From NCBI GenBank assembly GCA_963823035.1, contig CAWGKG010000014.1, positions 448,001 through 512,000 on the forward strand: DNA of 64,000 bases. The letters run 5' to 3'. The DNA is from an uncultured Gemmatimonadales bacterium (GTDB taxonomy: Bacteria > Gemmatimonadota > Gemmatimonadetes > Longimicrobiales > Gaopeijiaceae). A model generated the notes under the pieces. It saw nothing but the letters and a program-made list of their open reading frames with translations, was not told the DNA's origin and made no database searches. This document shows, in pieces, positions 9,711 through 23,371 of this stretch. Numbering within the stretch: position 1 is the first letter of the stretch; each line of letters opens with the position of its first letter. Made by a program: the position numbers and the translations under genes.

Positions 9711-10644
9711 GTGAAGCGCTGCCCGGGCCGCACGCCGCGTCCCACGATCCAGTCGTGCGTGCTCATGCGCCGCCTCCCGGGCGGCTGCACCTCGTCGAAG
9801 GCGAGCGCGCGCCTGGCCGGTGGCCACGACCAGGCCGCCGTCCGGGTCCGCGACCGACACGGTGCCCGGCGCGTCGTCGACCCGGTCGGTGTCCACCGGT
9901 CGGGGGCGGAACAGCTTCAGCGGCGAGCCCTCGAGCTCGGTCCACGCGCCGGGCACCGCGTCCATGGCGCGCACGTGCCACTCGAGCTCGCGGGCGGGGC
10001 GCTCCCACGCGATACGCGCCGTCTCCCGGCCCACCTTGGGCGCGAAGGTGGCGCGCCCGTGGTCCTGCTCCTCCTCCACGACCTTGCCGGCGGCCAGGAG
10101 GGCGAGCGCCTCGATGAGCGCCTCCGCGCCCAGCTCGGAGAGGCGGACGGAAAGCTCGGAGGCCGTTTCCCCGGGAAGGATCGGCTCGCGGATCTGGTGG
10201 AGCACCGGACCTGCGTCCATCGCCTCCACCATGCGCATGATCGTCACACCGGTGGTGTCGCATCCCCGCGCGATGGCCCAGTTGATCGGCGCGGCGCCGC
10301 GCAGCTCGGGCAAGAGGGACGCGTGCACGTTGATCGAGCCCATCGGCGCCAGCGTCCAGCACCTCCGGCCGCAGGATGTGCCCGTACGCCACCACCACCG
10401 TGAGCTCCGCCCCGAGCGCGGAGGCGGCGGCCATGAAGTCGTCGCCTCGGGGCCGCTCCGGCGTGAGCACGGGAACGCCCATCGCGGTGGCGACCTCCTT
10501 CACCGGCGAGGGCCTCAGGTGGCGGCCGCGCCCCGCCGGACGGTCGGGCTGCGTGACCACGCCGACCACTTCGTGGCCTTCGTCGTCCAGGGCGCGCAAC
10601 GAGGACACCGCGAAGTCCGGGGTGCCCCAGAAGAGGATCCTCAC
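9707..10644 (-). CDS. fmt: Methionyl-tRNA formyltransferase; frameshifts near 10347 and 9812
   Basis: RILFWGTPDFA, VTQPDRPAGRG, VVAYGHIL, INVHASLLPELRGAAPI, MDAG, EVQPPGRRRM spread over three frames. Confidence 0.92.
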
Positions 10645-11172
10645 GAGCGTCGGGGCTCTGCTTCCGCCTCGGCCCGGAGCTTCTTCCACTTCTTCAGCGC
10701 GAGCTTGCGCGTCAGCGGACTCACGTGGTCGAGGAAGAGGATGCCGTGCAGGTGGTCGATCTCGTGCTGCAGCGCCCGCGAGAAGAGCTCGTCCGCCTCG
10801 ACGACGATCTCCCTCCCCTCCGGGATCGAGGGCCTCGATGCGGACGGCCCACGGGCGCTCGACCACTTCCTCCAACCCCGGGATGCTCAGGCATCCCTCC
10901 GGCTGCTTGTCGGTCTGTTCGCTGGCCCAGACGACCTTCGGGTTGACCAGGGCGACCCGTTTCTCCGGCTCGTCCTCGCGGCGAAGGTCGACCACGAGCA
11001 CCCGCCTGGAGACGCCCACCTGCGGCGCGGCGAGGCCGATCCCCTCGGCGAGGTACATCGTCTCGAACATGTCGCGCACGAGCCCGCGCAGCTCGTCGTC
11101 GAAGACCTCCACGGGATCCGCCTCCGTTCGGAGCACCGGATCGCCCATCAACACGACCTCGCGAACCGACAT
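10641..11172 (-). CDS. def: Peptide deformylase; frameshift near 10820
   Basis: GIGLAAPQVG, EGCLSIPG, then QHEIDHLHGILF in the shifted frame; GTGA overlap with fmt. Confidence 0.93.
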
Positions 11173-11177
11173 CGAAC

Positions 11178-11501
11178 TCACTCCTTGGCGCCCTTCTGCG
11201 ACAGTACCTGCGCCACGCGGCCGCGGTCGACCGTGAGGCGGGTGTTGTCTCCCGTGCGCACCGTCAGGCGGTTCTCCTCGACGTGCACCACCGTGCCGAT
11301 GATCCCCCCGCTCGTGACGATCTCGTCGCCCTTCTTCAACTCCTTGAGCATCTGGTCGTGCCGCTGCCGCTCCTTGGACTGCGGCCGTATGAGCAGGAAG
11401 TAGAAGATGACGAAGATGGCGACCATCTGAACCATGAAGATCACCCCGGCGGACCCCCCCTCTCGGGGGACCATCAGGATCGCGAGCGCAGCGTTCGTCA
11501 C
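11178..11501 (-). CDS. yajC: Preprotein translocase subunit
   Basis: FYFLLIRPQ, LKKGDEIVTSGGIIG. Confidence 0.95.
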   Translation of the reverse strand: MTNAALAILMVPREGGSAGVIFMVQMVAIFVIFYFLLIRPQSKERQRHDQMLKELKKGDEIVTSGGIIGTVVHVEENRLTVRTGDNTRLTVDRGRVAQVLSQKGAKE

Positions 11502-11567
11502 CTTGTTTCTCCGTGTGCGGCGAATCGTGTCGTGTCGTCGAGTGGGGCGGTCGGTCGGTCGTTCACC

Positions 11568-12839
<1,272 letters not shown>

Positions 12840-12873
12840 CACGCGACGGAGCCGGAACACGGGAGACGAGGCG

Positions 12874-13223
12874 ATGACCCTCGAAAGGGAGTGGATGCGC
12901 GGCGCGGCGCCGCTGGCGGTGCTGACCCTGCTGGAGCGGCGGGAGATGTACGGCTACGAGCTGGTCGAGGCGCTGGAGCGCGACACCGGTGGTCTGCTCG
13001 CCATGGGGCAGTCGACCGTCTACCCGCTCCTCTACAACCTCGAGGCCCGCGGCCACGTCGAGCCGACGTCGCGCACGGCGCCCACCGGCCGGAGGCGGAA
13101 GTACTACCGCATCACGGCAGCGGGCCGCGCGTGGCTGGAGGAGCAACGGGACCAGTGGGAGACGCTCGTGACCGCGCTCGGACGACTGGGTCTTCGTGGC
13201 CCGCACGCGGAGGAGGCGGTGCC

Positions 13224-13227
<4 letters not shown>
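12874..13227 (+). CDS. PadR family transcriptional regulator
   Basis: LLERREMYGYEL, STVYPLLYNLE, RRRKYYRITAAG. Confidence 0.93.
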
Positions 13228-15991
<2,764 letters not shown>

Positions 15992-16040
15992 AGTGTGGGT
16001 GCGGGCCGTCCCGTCCCCACGACATCCTTGCGGCATCGAT

Positions 16041-16055
16041 AGTGACAATGTCACT
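16041..16055. promoter_or_regulatory. Perfect palindrome AGTGACA-A-TGTCACT, putative PadR operator
   Basis: 15-bp dyad ending 9 nt before the padR ATG at 16065. Confidence 0.65.
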
Positions 16056-16064
16056 TTCGTATCC

Positions 16065-16370
16065 ATGTCGCTCGGTGACCTCCAGTACCTGACGCTGCTC
16101 GCCGTCGCCCGCCTCGGTGCGGACGCCTTCGCCCGTGAGGTCCGCGGCCTCCTCCTGGAGGTCGCGGAGCGGGATGTGTCCGTGAGCACGGTGTTCGTGA
16201 CGCTCACCCGTCTCGAAGATCAGGGTCTCCTGCGCTCCGAGGAGGGGGAGCCTCCCCCTCGGGGCGGGCGGGCCAAGCGCATCTTCTCCCTCACCGAGGC
16301 CGGCTGGCAGGCCGTGCGTGAGACGCGTGCGGCGGGGGAGCGCATGTGGGAGGGGCTGGGGACGGCATGA
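16065..16370 (+). CDS. PadR family regulator (ADOP-associated type)
   Basis: LGDLQYLTLLAVARLG, STVFVTLTRLEDQG, GGRAKRIFSLTEAG. Confidence 0.9.
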   Translation: MSLGDLQYLTLLAVARLGADAFAREVRGLLLEVAERDVSVSTVFVTLTRLEDQGLLRSEEGEPPPRGGRAKRIFSLTEAGWQAVRETRAAGERMWEGLGTA

Positions 16371-19090
16371 CGGAGGAGGAGGGGGGCGGCGGACCTGCAG
16401 GCGCGCCGCGCCTCCTCCGGCGCCTCATGCTGACCCTTCTCGGCGGGGACGCGTGGGGCGCGGAGTTCGTCGCCGAGCTCGACGCGGAATTCGCGCGGCG
16501 TGCGTGGCGGGGTGCCGGACGGAGGATGCGCTCCGCCGGATGGTACCTCCGCCAGTGCGCCTCGCCCGAGACGCTGCACCTGGTCTGGATGGTGCGGAAA
16601 CGCAGACGACGCGCCGCGAGGAGGGGGGAATCGATGACGGGGACGGGTGGAGGCGTGATGCACGCGATCGAGGGGTGGGCGCAGGATCTCCGACAGGCCG
16701 CCAGGGGGCTGAGGCGCGAGTGGCGCTTCACGGCGTTCATCGCGGCTACGCTGTCCCTGGGGATCGGAGGGAATGCGGCGATGTTCGGCGTGGCCGACCG
16801 CCTCTTCCTCCGCGGGCCGGAGCACGTGGCCGCACCCGAGGAGTTGGTGCGTCTCTACCTGCGGTTCGACGAGGAGGGCGTCGGAACACGGATGACCCCG
16901 TGGATTCCCTACCTGACCGCGGAGGCCGTGCGTGTCGCGTCGAGCGGCTTCGCGGGCGTGGCGCTCTACCGCTCCGAGGAGCTCCTGGCCGAGGTGGCGG
17001 GACGCACGCGCCCCATCACGGTGTGCGCGGTGGGTGAGGGCTACTTCTCCCTGCTCGGCACCCTTCCGCACATCGGCCGGTTCTTCGGCGCGATGGGCGC
17101 GGCCCCCACGGAGGACGATGTCGTCGTCTCGTATCGGCTGTGGACGTCCGCGTTCGACGCCGACCCTGCAGTGCTCGGGCGCACGATCGTCCTGGGGGAC
17201 CGACGCCTCACGATCGTGGGGGTCGCGCCGGAGGGGTTCAACGGCCCGGGCCTCGCGCCGATGGACGCGTGGATCCCGCTGGACCGGGCCACCGCCGGGA
17301 GCCACAACTGGAACGCCCTCGGCCGGCTCCCGAGGGGCGTCACGGACGCCACCCCGGCCGCCGCCGACGCGAACGCCATCCACGGGCGCACGGATCCGGG
17401 CCGCTTCTTCGGGTGGGCCCGGGAGGGGACGTTCGCCGCCGCGCCGCTCGCGTCGGACGACGCCGCACGGGAGCCGCCGGAGGCCGCGATCGCGCGGCTC
17501 CTCACGGCAGTGGCCGGTCTGGTCCTCCTCATCGGGATCGCCAACGTCGTGAACCTGCTCGTGGTCCGGGTCACGCGTCGCCGTCGCGAGGTGGCAGTGC
17601 GCCTCGCGCTCGGCGCAAGTCGCGGCCGCCTGGCACGCCTCCTTCTGGCCGAGAGCCTCCTCCTCGCGTTGCTCGCCGGTCTGGCCAGCCTCCCGGTGGC
17701 GTACGGCGCGGGCACGCTCCTGCGCGGGGTACTCCTCTCCGACGTGTCGTGGTCCTCCTCCCCCCTGGGTGGCCGAGTGGCGGTGGTGACCGTGCTGGTG
17801 ACGCTCGTGACCGGCGTCCTGGTGGGCCTGCTTCCGGCGAGGCACGCCGGCCGAACCAACGTGACGGACGGGCTCCGCTCGGCGAGTCGGGGCGGCGGGA
17901 CGAGGCGGCTTCCCCTCCACGCCGCGCTCGCGACGGCCCAGGTCGCTCTGTCGGCCGTGCTCCTCATCGGGGCCGGGCTCTTCCTGCGGAGCTTCTGGAA
18001 CCTCCGGGTCACCGATCTCGGGGTCGACGCGAGTGCGGTCACGGCGGTCTCGCTGCGGTCGCTGGACCCCGAGGCGCTCCGTTCCCCCTCCGAAGAGGAG
18101 CTCGCCGCCTACCTCGGCGCACGCGATGCCGTCGAGGCGGACCCCGACGTGGCCGCCGCCGCGGTCGTGCTCGGCGTGCCCTTCCTCTACAACTTCGGCC
18201 GGAGCATCTCCGTACCCGGGCACGACTCGATCCCGGCGCTCCCGGGAGGCGGTCCCTACCTGAGCGCGGTCACCGCTGGATACTTCGACGCCGTGGGGAC
18301 CTCCTTCGTGCGCGGCCGCGGCTTCACGCCCGATGAGGTCTCCGGCGAGGAGCCGTTGATCGTGGTGAGCGCGTCGATGGCGCGCCTCCTCTGGCCGGGT
18401 GAGGATGCCCTCGGCCGATGCGTTCGCCTCGGCGACGACCGGAGCCCATGCCGGAGGGTCGTGGGGGTCGCGGAGGACGTGCACCGCGTCGGCTACCGTG
18501 AGCCCCCCTCCATGCAGTACTACGTTCCACTCGGCGCCCAGGACGGCTTCGGCGGGTTGGTCCTCGTCCTCAGGCTCCGGAACGCGAAGGCCGGCGCGCT
18601 CGAGCGGATCCGGTCGAGGCTCCAGGGGGTCGATCCGGCCGTCGACTACGTGGAGATGCGGACGCTGCGCTCGGTCCTCGATCCGCAGGTCCGCCCCTGG
18701 CGCATGGGCGCGTGGGTCCTGGGGATGGCGGCGCTGGTCGCCCTCCTGGTCTCCGTGGTCGGCGTGTACGGCGTGCTCTCCTATCTGGTCGAGCAGCGCC
18801 GCCGCGAGCTCGGCGTGCGGATCGCGCTCGGCGCGTCCACGCTCGGCATCCGCGGGCTGGTGGTCCGTCGCGCGCTGGTCTCGGCCCTGGCCGGATGCGC
18901 GGTGGGCATCGCCTTCGTGTTGGCCGCCTCACCGTGGGTGCAGCCGCTGCTCTTCGAGACGCCCGCCTACGACGTCCGGGTGCTGGGCGGGGTCGTGGCG
19001 GTGCTGCTACTGTGCGCATCGCTGGCGAGCCTGCTTCCGGCCGAGCGGGCGGCGCGTGTGGATCCGGCGCGGACGCTCTCGGCGGAGTGA
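16367..19090 (+). CDS. ADOP-type duplicated ABC permease
   Basis: [63 protein letters not shown]. Confidence 0.92.
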   Translation: MTEEEGGGGPAGAPRLLRRLMLTLLGGDAWGAEFVAELDAEFARRAWRGAGRRMRSAGWYLRQCASPETLHLVWMVRKRRRRAARRGESMTGTGGGVMHAIEGWAQDLRQAARGLRREWRFTAFIAATLSLGIGGNAAMFGVADRLFLRGPEHVAAPEELVRLYLRFDEEGVGTRMTPWIPYLTAEAVRVASSGFAGVALYRSEELLAEVAGRTRPITVCAVGEGYFSLLGTLPHIGRFFGAMGAAPTEDDVVVSYRLWTSAFDADPAVLGRTIVLGDRRLTIVGVAPEGFNGPGLAPMDAWIPLDRATAGSHNWNALGRLPRGVTDATPAAADANAIHGRTDPGRFFGWAREGTFAAAPLASDDAAREPPEAAIARLLTAVAGLVLLIGIANVVNLLVVRVTRRRREVAVRLALGASRGRLARLLLAESLLLALLAGLASLPVAYGAGTLLRGVLLSDVSWSSSPLGGRVAVVTVLVTLVTGVLVGLLPARHAGRTNVTDGLRSASRGGGTRRLPLHAALATAQVALSAVLLIGAGLFLRSFWNLRVTDLGVDASAVTAVSLRSLDPEALRSPSEEELAAYLGARDAVEADPDVAAAAVVLGVPFLYNFGRSISVPGHDSIPALPGGGPYLSAVTAGYFDAVGTSFVRGRGFTPDEVSGEEPLIVVSASMARLLWPGEDALGRCVRLGDDRSPCRRVVGVAEDVHRVGYREPPSMQYYVPLGAQDGFGGLVLVLRLRNAKAGALERIRSRLQGVDPAVDYVEMRTLRSVLDPQVRPWRMGAWVLGMAALVALLVSVVGVYGVLSYLVEQRRRELGVRIALGASTLGIRGLVVRRALVSALAGCAVGIAFVLAASPWVQPLLFETPAYDVRVLGGVVAVLLLCASLASLLPAERAARVDPARTLSAE

Positions 19091-19100
19091 GCTTCGCGGG

Positions 19101-19219
19101 CGGCCTCTGCATCCTTGTTTTCACCACGGAGGACGCAGTGGACGCAGAGAACCGCATCTGTTGAAAACTTCTCTGCGGCCTCTGCGTCCTCTGTGGTGAA
19201 AAAACCAGCGTCCTCCGTG
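19101..19219. repeat. REP-like palindromic element (34-bp arms, 9-nt internal period) between convergent genes
   Basis: 19118-19151 TTTTCACCACGGAGGACGCAGTGGACGCAGAGAA pairs with 19169-19202 (3 mismatches, 17-nt loop). Partial extra arms at 19101-19115 and 19208-19219. Confidence 0.8.
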
Positions 19220-19262
19220 CCGCGAGGATGGATCCGCGCCGGACCGACCGGTTCGCCCCCGC

Positions 19263-20798
19263 CTACCTGCTGCTCGTAGCCGCCGCCCCGCCCTTCCTCG
19301 GCATCATCTCCTCCCGCTGCGCGAGCGCGTAGACCGTAGCGGCGACGATGACGGCCGCCTGCTTCAGGTCGTCGAGCACCAGATGGTCGTAGGAGTCGAG
19401 CGTCGTGTGGTGCGTGTTCAGCGAGTACTCGATCGGATCCTGGATGAAGTTGAAGCCGGGGATCCCGGCCGCGTCGAAGGACAGGTGGTCGGTGCCGCCC
19501 GTGTTGCCGTGCTTCACGGCCACCACGCCGAGGTCACGGAACGGCCAGAGGATCTGCTCGAACACGGGGATCGCCTTCTCGTTGGACTGATCCCAGATGC
19601 CACGGATGCGGCCGGTGCCGTTGTCCACGTTCACGTACGCGGAGATCTTCGCGTACATCTCGGGATGCTTCTCCACCCAGCCGCGCGAGCCGAGCAGCCC
19701 CTGCTCCTCCCCGCTCCACAGCGCGATACGCACGGTGCGCCGCGGCTGCAGGCCGAGCGTCTTCAGGATGCGCATCGCCTCCATCATCACGACCGAGCCG
19801 GCGCCGTTGTCGGTCGCTCCTCCGGCGAAGTGCCAGGAGTCGAGGTGCGCGCCGAGCATGATGTACTCGTCCGCCTTGTCGGTCCCCGGGATCTCGGCGA
19901 GGGTGTTGTACTGCTGGAGGTCGTCCTCGAAGAAGGTGTTCTTCACGTTCAGCTCGATCTCGACGGGCGTGCCGCCCTCGAGGTCGCGCCAGATCTGGTT
20001 GTACTGCTCGCGGGAGACGATCACCTGCGGCAGACCCTCGGGGGCCCCGGCCTCACGGCTGCCGTTGCCGCCCCCGCGGATCACGCCGTCGTTCGCGCCG
20101 GAGATGCGCAGCATCGCGAGCGCTCCCTCCTTCTCCGCCATCTCCGCCGCCGCGTTGGCCGCCTCGCGGGCGGCACGGTAGCGCGCGTACATCGCCTCGC
20201 GCTCCTGGTCCGTCATCTGCGGCCGCTCGCTCGGCTCCGGCGGCGTGAGCAGGCTCTCGAGCGAGGCGCGCCGTTCGATGTCCTGGAACAGGTCCACGTC
20301 CTGCGGCTGGTCGACCAGGAGGATCTTCCCCTTCAGTTGGCCCCGGAACTGTGCGAGGTCCTCCGCGCTCTCGACGCGCACGGCCATCGCCTGCCCGCGG
20401 ACGCTCCCCTTCGTGCTCCCCGTCCACGCGGACGGCACGCCCGGCATGGCCTGCTCGAAGGGCGACAGGATCCGCCCCTCGTAGTCCTCCATCTGCCAGC
20501 CTCGGCCGAACTCCCCCCACGGCTCCACCTGCACGTTCGCCAGCCCCCAGTCGCGGAAGGTCTGCGCCGTCCACTCGTTCGCCTGCTTCATCCCGGGCGA
20601 CCCCGTGAGGCGCGGCCCGATCACCTCGGTGAGGTGGTGCGCCATCTCCGGTATGTGTGAATGCTCGAGACCCTCCTGGCGGATACGCTGCACGACGCCG
20701 AGGTCGACGGCTTCGCGCGCCACCTGCGCGGTCGCGGCGCCGGGCACGGCGAAGAGGAGAAGAAGGACAGGTACGAAGCGGGAAGGACGGACACGCAT
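19263..20798 (-). CDS. Secreted M28 family peptidase (carboxypeptidase Q-like)
   Basis: Signal peptide, IGPRLTGSP, GAHLDSW, GATDNGAG, WSGEEQGLLGS, GTDHLSF, HHTTLD. Confidence 0.9.
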   Translation of the reverse strand: MRVRPSRFVPVLLLLFAVPGAATAQVAREAVDLGVVQRIRQEGLEHSHIPEMAHHLTEVIGPRLTGSPGMKQANEWTAQTFRDWGLANVQVEPWGEFGRGWQMEDYEGRILSPFEQAMPGVPSAWTGSTKGSVRGQAMAVRVESAEDLAQFRGQLKGKILLVDQPQDVDLFQDIERRASLESLLTPPEPSERPQMTDQEREAMYARYRAAREAANAAAEMAEKEGALAMLRISGANDGVIRGGGNGSREAGAPEGLPQVIVSREQYNQIWRDLEGGTPVEIELNVKNTFFEDDLQQYNTLAEIPGTDKADEYIMLGAHLDSWHFAGGATDNGAGSVVMMEAMRILKTLGLQPRRTVRIALWSGEEQGLLGSRGWVEKHPEMYAKISAYVNVDNGTGRIRGIWDQSNEKAIPVFEQILWPFRDLGVVAVKHGNTGGTDHLSFDAAGIPGFNFIQDPIEYSLNTHHTTLDSYDHLVLDDLKQAAVIVAATVYALAQREEMMPRKGGAAATSSR

Positions 20799-20976
20799 GG
20801 CTCGGTCCTCGGTGGAGGAAGGCAGGTCGATGGACGGCAAACCGCCTGCATGGGGCAATCTCGGACCCCTCCGCGGGATGCGCCACCCGGGAGGTCGACC
20901 CTCCCGGAGGCTCTCCATCGGGTGAAACTCCTGTGCCTGAGGATCGGTTCCGCCCGGCCGCAAACGCGATCCCGCG

Positions 20977-23214
20977 TCAGTCAGGGTCGGCGCGCCGGGC
21001 GCGGTACGCCTCGATCCGCGGCTCGAGTTCCTGGATGAGCTGCGCCATTTCCATCTCCCGTGCCACCGCCAGCGCCTCTTCGGCGGTGCGCACCGCGTCC
21101 TCGAAGCGCCCCATGTTCGCGTAGGCCGCGGCGAGGATGTGCAGGACGGTCGGATCCCGTCGGTCGGTCCCCCTCAGCAACGGCTCGACGAGCTGGACGG
21201 CGGCGTTCGCGTTTCGGAACCGCAGATCCGGACACATCGCCCGGATCGTGGCCAGGCGTTTCGTCAGCTCGGCGGCCGCGGACGGGTCCTGCGCATATTT
21301 CAGGGCCGTCTGGTAGTGCTCGATGGCCTTCGCCCATTCGCCGTCGATCTCCGCGCGTCCGCCGAGATAGAGCTGGAGCCGCACGCTCCCCGGGTAGCGC
21401 GCGACGAGATACTCGAAGTGCACCTTCGCTTCTTCGTGTCGTCCCTCCCGGGCCAGGAGATCCCCCAGCTGCAGGCGCGCGGCCAGGTGCCCGGGAACCT
21501 CGTCCACGATGCTCTCGTAGTCCGCGATCGCCTCGTCGGTCCGGCCCAGCTCCTCGAGCGTCAGGCCCATCCTGTAGCGGTCGTCCGGCGTGGCGACGTC
21601 GTGCGTCACGAGGGCCCGCCAGTACGCGAGGGCCTCCTCGTAGCGTCCGAGTCGGTGCATCGCCACGGCGAGGTTGCCCATCGCCTGGTAGTTGTCCGGC
21701 TTGTGGTCCAGCGACTCCCGGAAGTGCTCGATCGCCTCGTCGATCAGCGGCTGTCGCATCCGGTCCATCCCGTCGGCGACCTGCGCGTCGCGATCCGGGG
21801 TCAGCCCGCGCAGGCGCTTGGCGAGGTCGTCCAGCTCCGCGGTCGGCGAGGTCTCGAGCAGGTCGGCGGCATGGCCGGGATCGCCTCGCCGGACCAGATC
21901 GGCCGCGTCACCAAGCCGTCCGTGATCGCGCAGGAAGACCACTCCGAGGTTGTTGTACGCCATCCAGGCATCGGGATTGTCGGCGATGGTCCTCCGCCAG
22001 AGCGCCTCCTCGCTGGCGTACTTCTGCCCCTCCCTCCAGGAGAGGCCGGCGAAGCCGACCAGGATCGCGCCGGCGAGCACCTGCCCGGCGCGCCGCTTCC
22101 CGACGTGTCGGGCCAGGGGAGCGACCACGAGTGCGATGAGGCCGATGCTCGCGAGGTAGCCGAAGTGGTCCGCTACGAACGAGTACACCATGGGCCAATA
22201 GTCCACGAAGCCCAGTGCCGGGAAGAGGGTCACCACGAAGAACGCCACGGCGATCGCCGGTCCCCGTCGGCCGCGGAAGAACGCAATCAGCGTGGCGATC
22301 CCCAACGCGAGCACCACGATGATCGTCCCGTAGGACTGCCAGTCGCCGGCGTCGATCGTCCACCGCGGATAGATGAAGATGAGCGGGTAGGGTATCAGCA
22401 GCTTGAGAGGATAGTGCAGCAGCGACCTGGATGCGATCAGGCAGCGCTCCAGGAAGCTGAAGTCGAAGTCGGCTCCCACCGCCCCCACGCGCACCCGCTC
22501 GAGGTAGGCCGTATGCACGGCCGCGGCGAAGCCGATGATGAACATCGGCACCAGGGGCAGGAGTCGCATGAGCCCGAGCTGCTGGCGGCGCAGGATCATC
22601 AGCAGGATCAGGGCGGCGGGAAGCGAGCTCGTGACCGACTTGGAGAGCAACGCCAGGACGAACAACAGCAGGGACAGCGCGTAGAAGCCCCACGCGCGAG
22701 GCGGCGCCTCGGTGGTGGCTTCCTCATCCCGCATCGGATCGAAGCGGAGATACGCCAGCGTCGCCAGCATGTAGAAGAACCCCGACAGCACGTTCTTCCG
22801 CTCGGTGATCCACGCCACGGACTCGACGTTCATCGGGTGCAGCGCGAAGACCGCGCCGATCATCCACGCCCCGGGTATGCCGAGCAGGAGCATGATCCTC
22901 CACAGCAGCAGGGCGTTGGCGATGTGCAACACGACGTTGACGACGTGATATCCGCGCGGGTTCAGCCCCCAGAGGTGGTATTCGGCCCAGAAGGTCGTGA
23001 ACACGGCCGGGTAGTACTGGTGGGTCTGGCCGGGCTCCCAGAGTTGCACGAGTCCTGCGTCGGTGCGCAGCAGGGCATTGTTGGTGACGTAGTCGTCGTC
23101 GTCCCAGATGAACCCGCCGTCGATGGCCGGGCGGTAGGCGATGACCGTGATGAGGACGATGGCGACGACGCCGAGCCCGAGGAGGCGGCGCTTCGAGCCG
23201 AGGTTAGGCATCAC
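20977..23214 (-). CDS. TMTC-like GT-C membrane protein with C-terminal TPR repeats
   Basis: WDDDDYV, HPMNVESVAWITERKNVL, LALLSK, VADHFGYL, multiple TM helices; TPRs (AYNNLG, AMGNLA, AIEHY). Confidence 0.8.
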   Translation of the reverse strand: MMPNLGSKRRLLGLGVVAIVLITVIAYRPAIDGGFIWDDDDYVTNNALLRTDAGLVQLWEPGQTHQYYPAVFTTFWAEYHLWGLNPRGYHVVNVVLHIANALLLWRIMLLLGIPGAWMIGAVFALHPMNVESVAWITERKNVLSGFFYMLATLAYLRFDPMRDEEATTEAPPRAWGFYALSLLLFVLALLSKSVTSSLPAALILLMILRRQQLGLMRLLPLVPMFIIGFAAAVHTAYLERVRVGAVGADFDFSFLERCLIASRSLLHYPLKLLIPYPLIFIYPRWTIDAGDWQSYGTIIVVLALGIATLIAFFRGRRGPAIAVAFFVVTLFPALGFVDYWPMVYSFVADHFGYLASIGLIALVVAPLARHVGKRRAGQVLAGAILVGFAGLSWREGQKYASEEALWRRTIADNPDAWMAYNNLGVVFLRDHGRLGDAADLVRRGDPGHAADLLETSPTAELDDLAKRLRGLTPDRDAQVADGMDRMRQPLIDEAIEHFRESLDHKPDNYQAMGNLAVAMHRLGRYEEALAYWRALVTHDVATPDDRYRMGLTLEELGRTDEAIADYESIVDEVPGHLAARLQLGDLLAREGRHEEAKVHFEYLVARYPGSVRLQLYLGGRAEIDGEWAKAIEHYQTALKYAQDPSAAAELTKRLATIRAMCPDLRFRNANAAVQLVEPLLRGTDRRDPTVLHILAAAYANMGRFEDAVRTAEEALAVAREMEMAQLIQELEPRIEAYRARRADPD

Positions 23215-23240
23215 GTGCTTTCATTTGCGCGAGGAAGTCC

Positions 23241-23341
23241 CACCACCGCCATCGCGTCGCCGTAGGAGTAGAAGCGATAGTCCCCGCCAATGGCCTCGGC
23301 GTACGCCGCCATCACGCGCTCGTAGCCGCCGAGCGCGGCGA
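23241..23341. repeat. Direct-repeat copy of the queA 3' end (att-like)
   Basis: 100/101 nt identical to 26236-26336; encodes [32 protein letters not shown]. Confidence 0.95.
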
Positions 23342-23371
23342 GCGCGCCGACATCGCTGAATGTCGGCCCAC

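Noticed and set aside
9707..11172. Pseudogene calls or programmed frameshifting for def, fmt, queA and yebC
   Set aside because: Motifs are intact, there are no classic slippery sites, and indels are spread window-wide, so sequencing error is more likely.
9048..11181. Apparent def-fmt and fmt-thiE fusion proteins
   Set aside because: They are frameshift artefacts. Corrected frames give separate genes with GTGA/ATGA overlaps.
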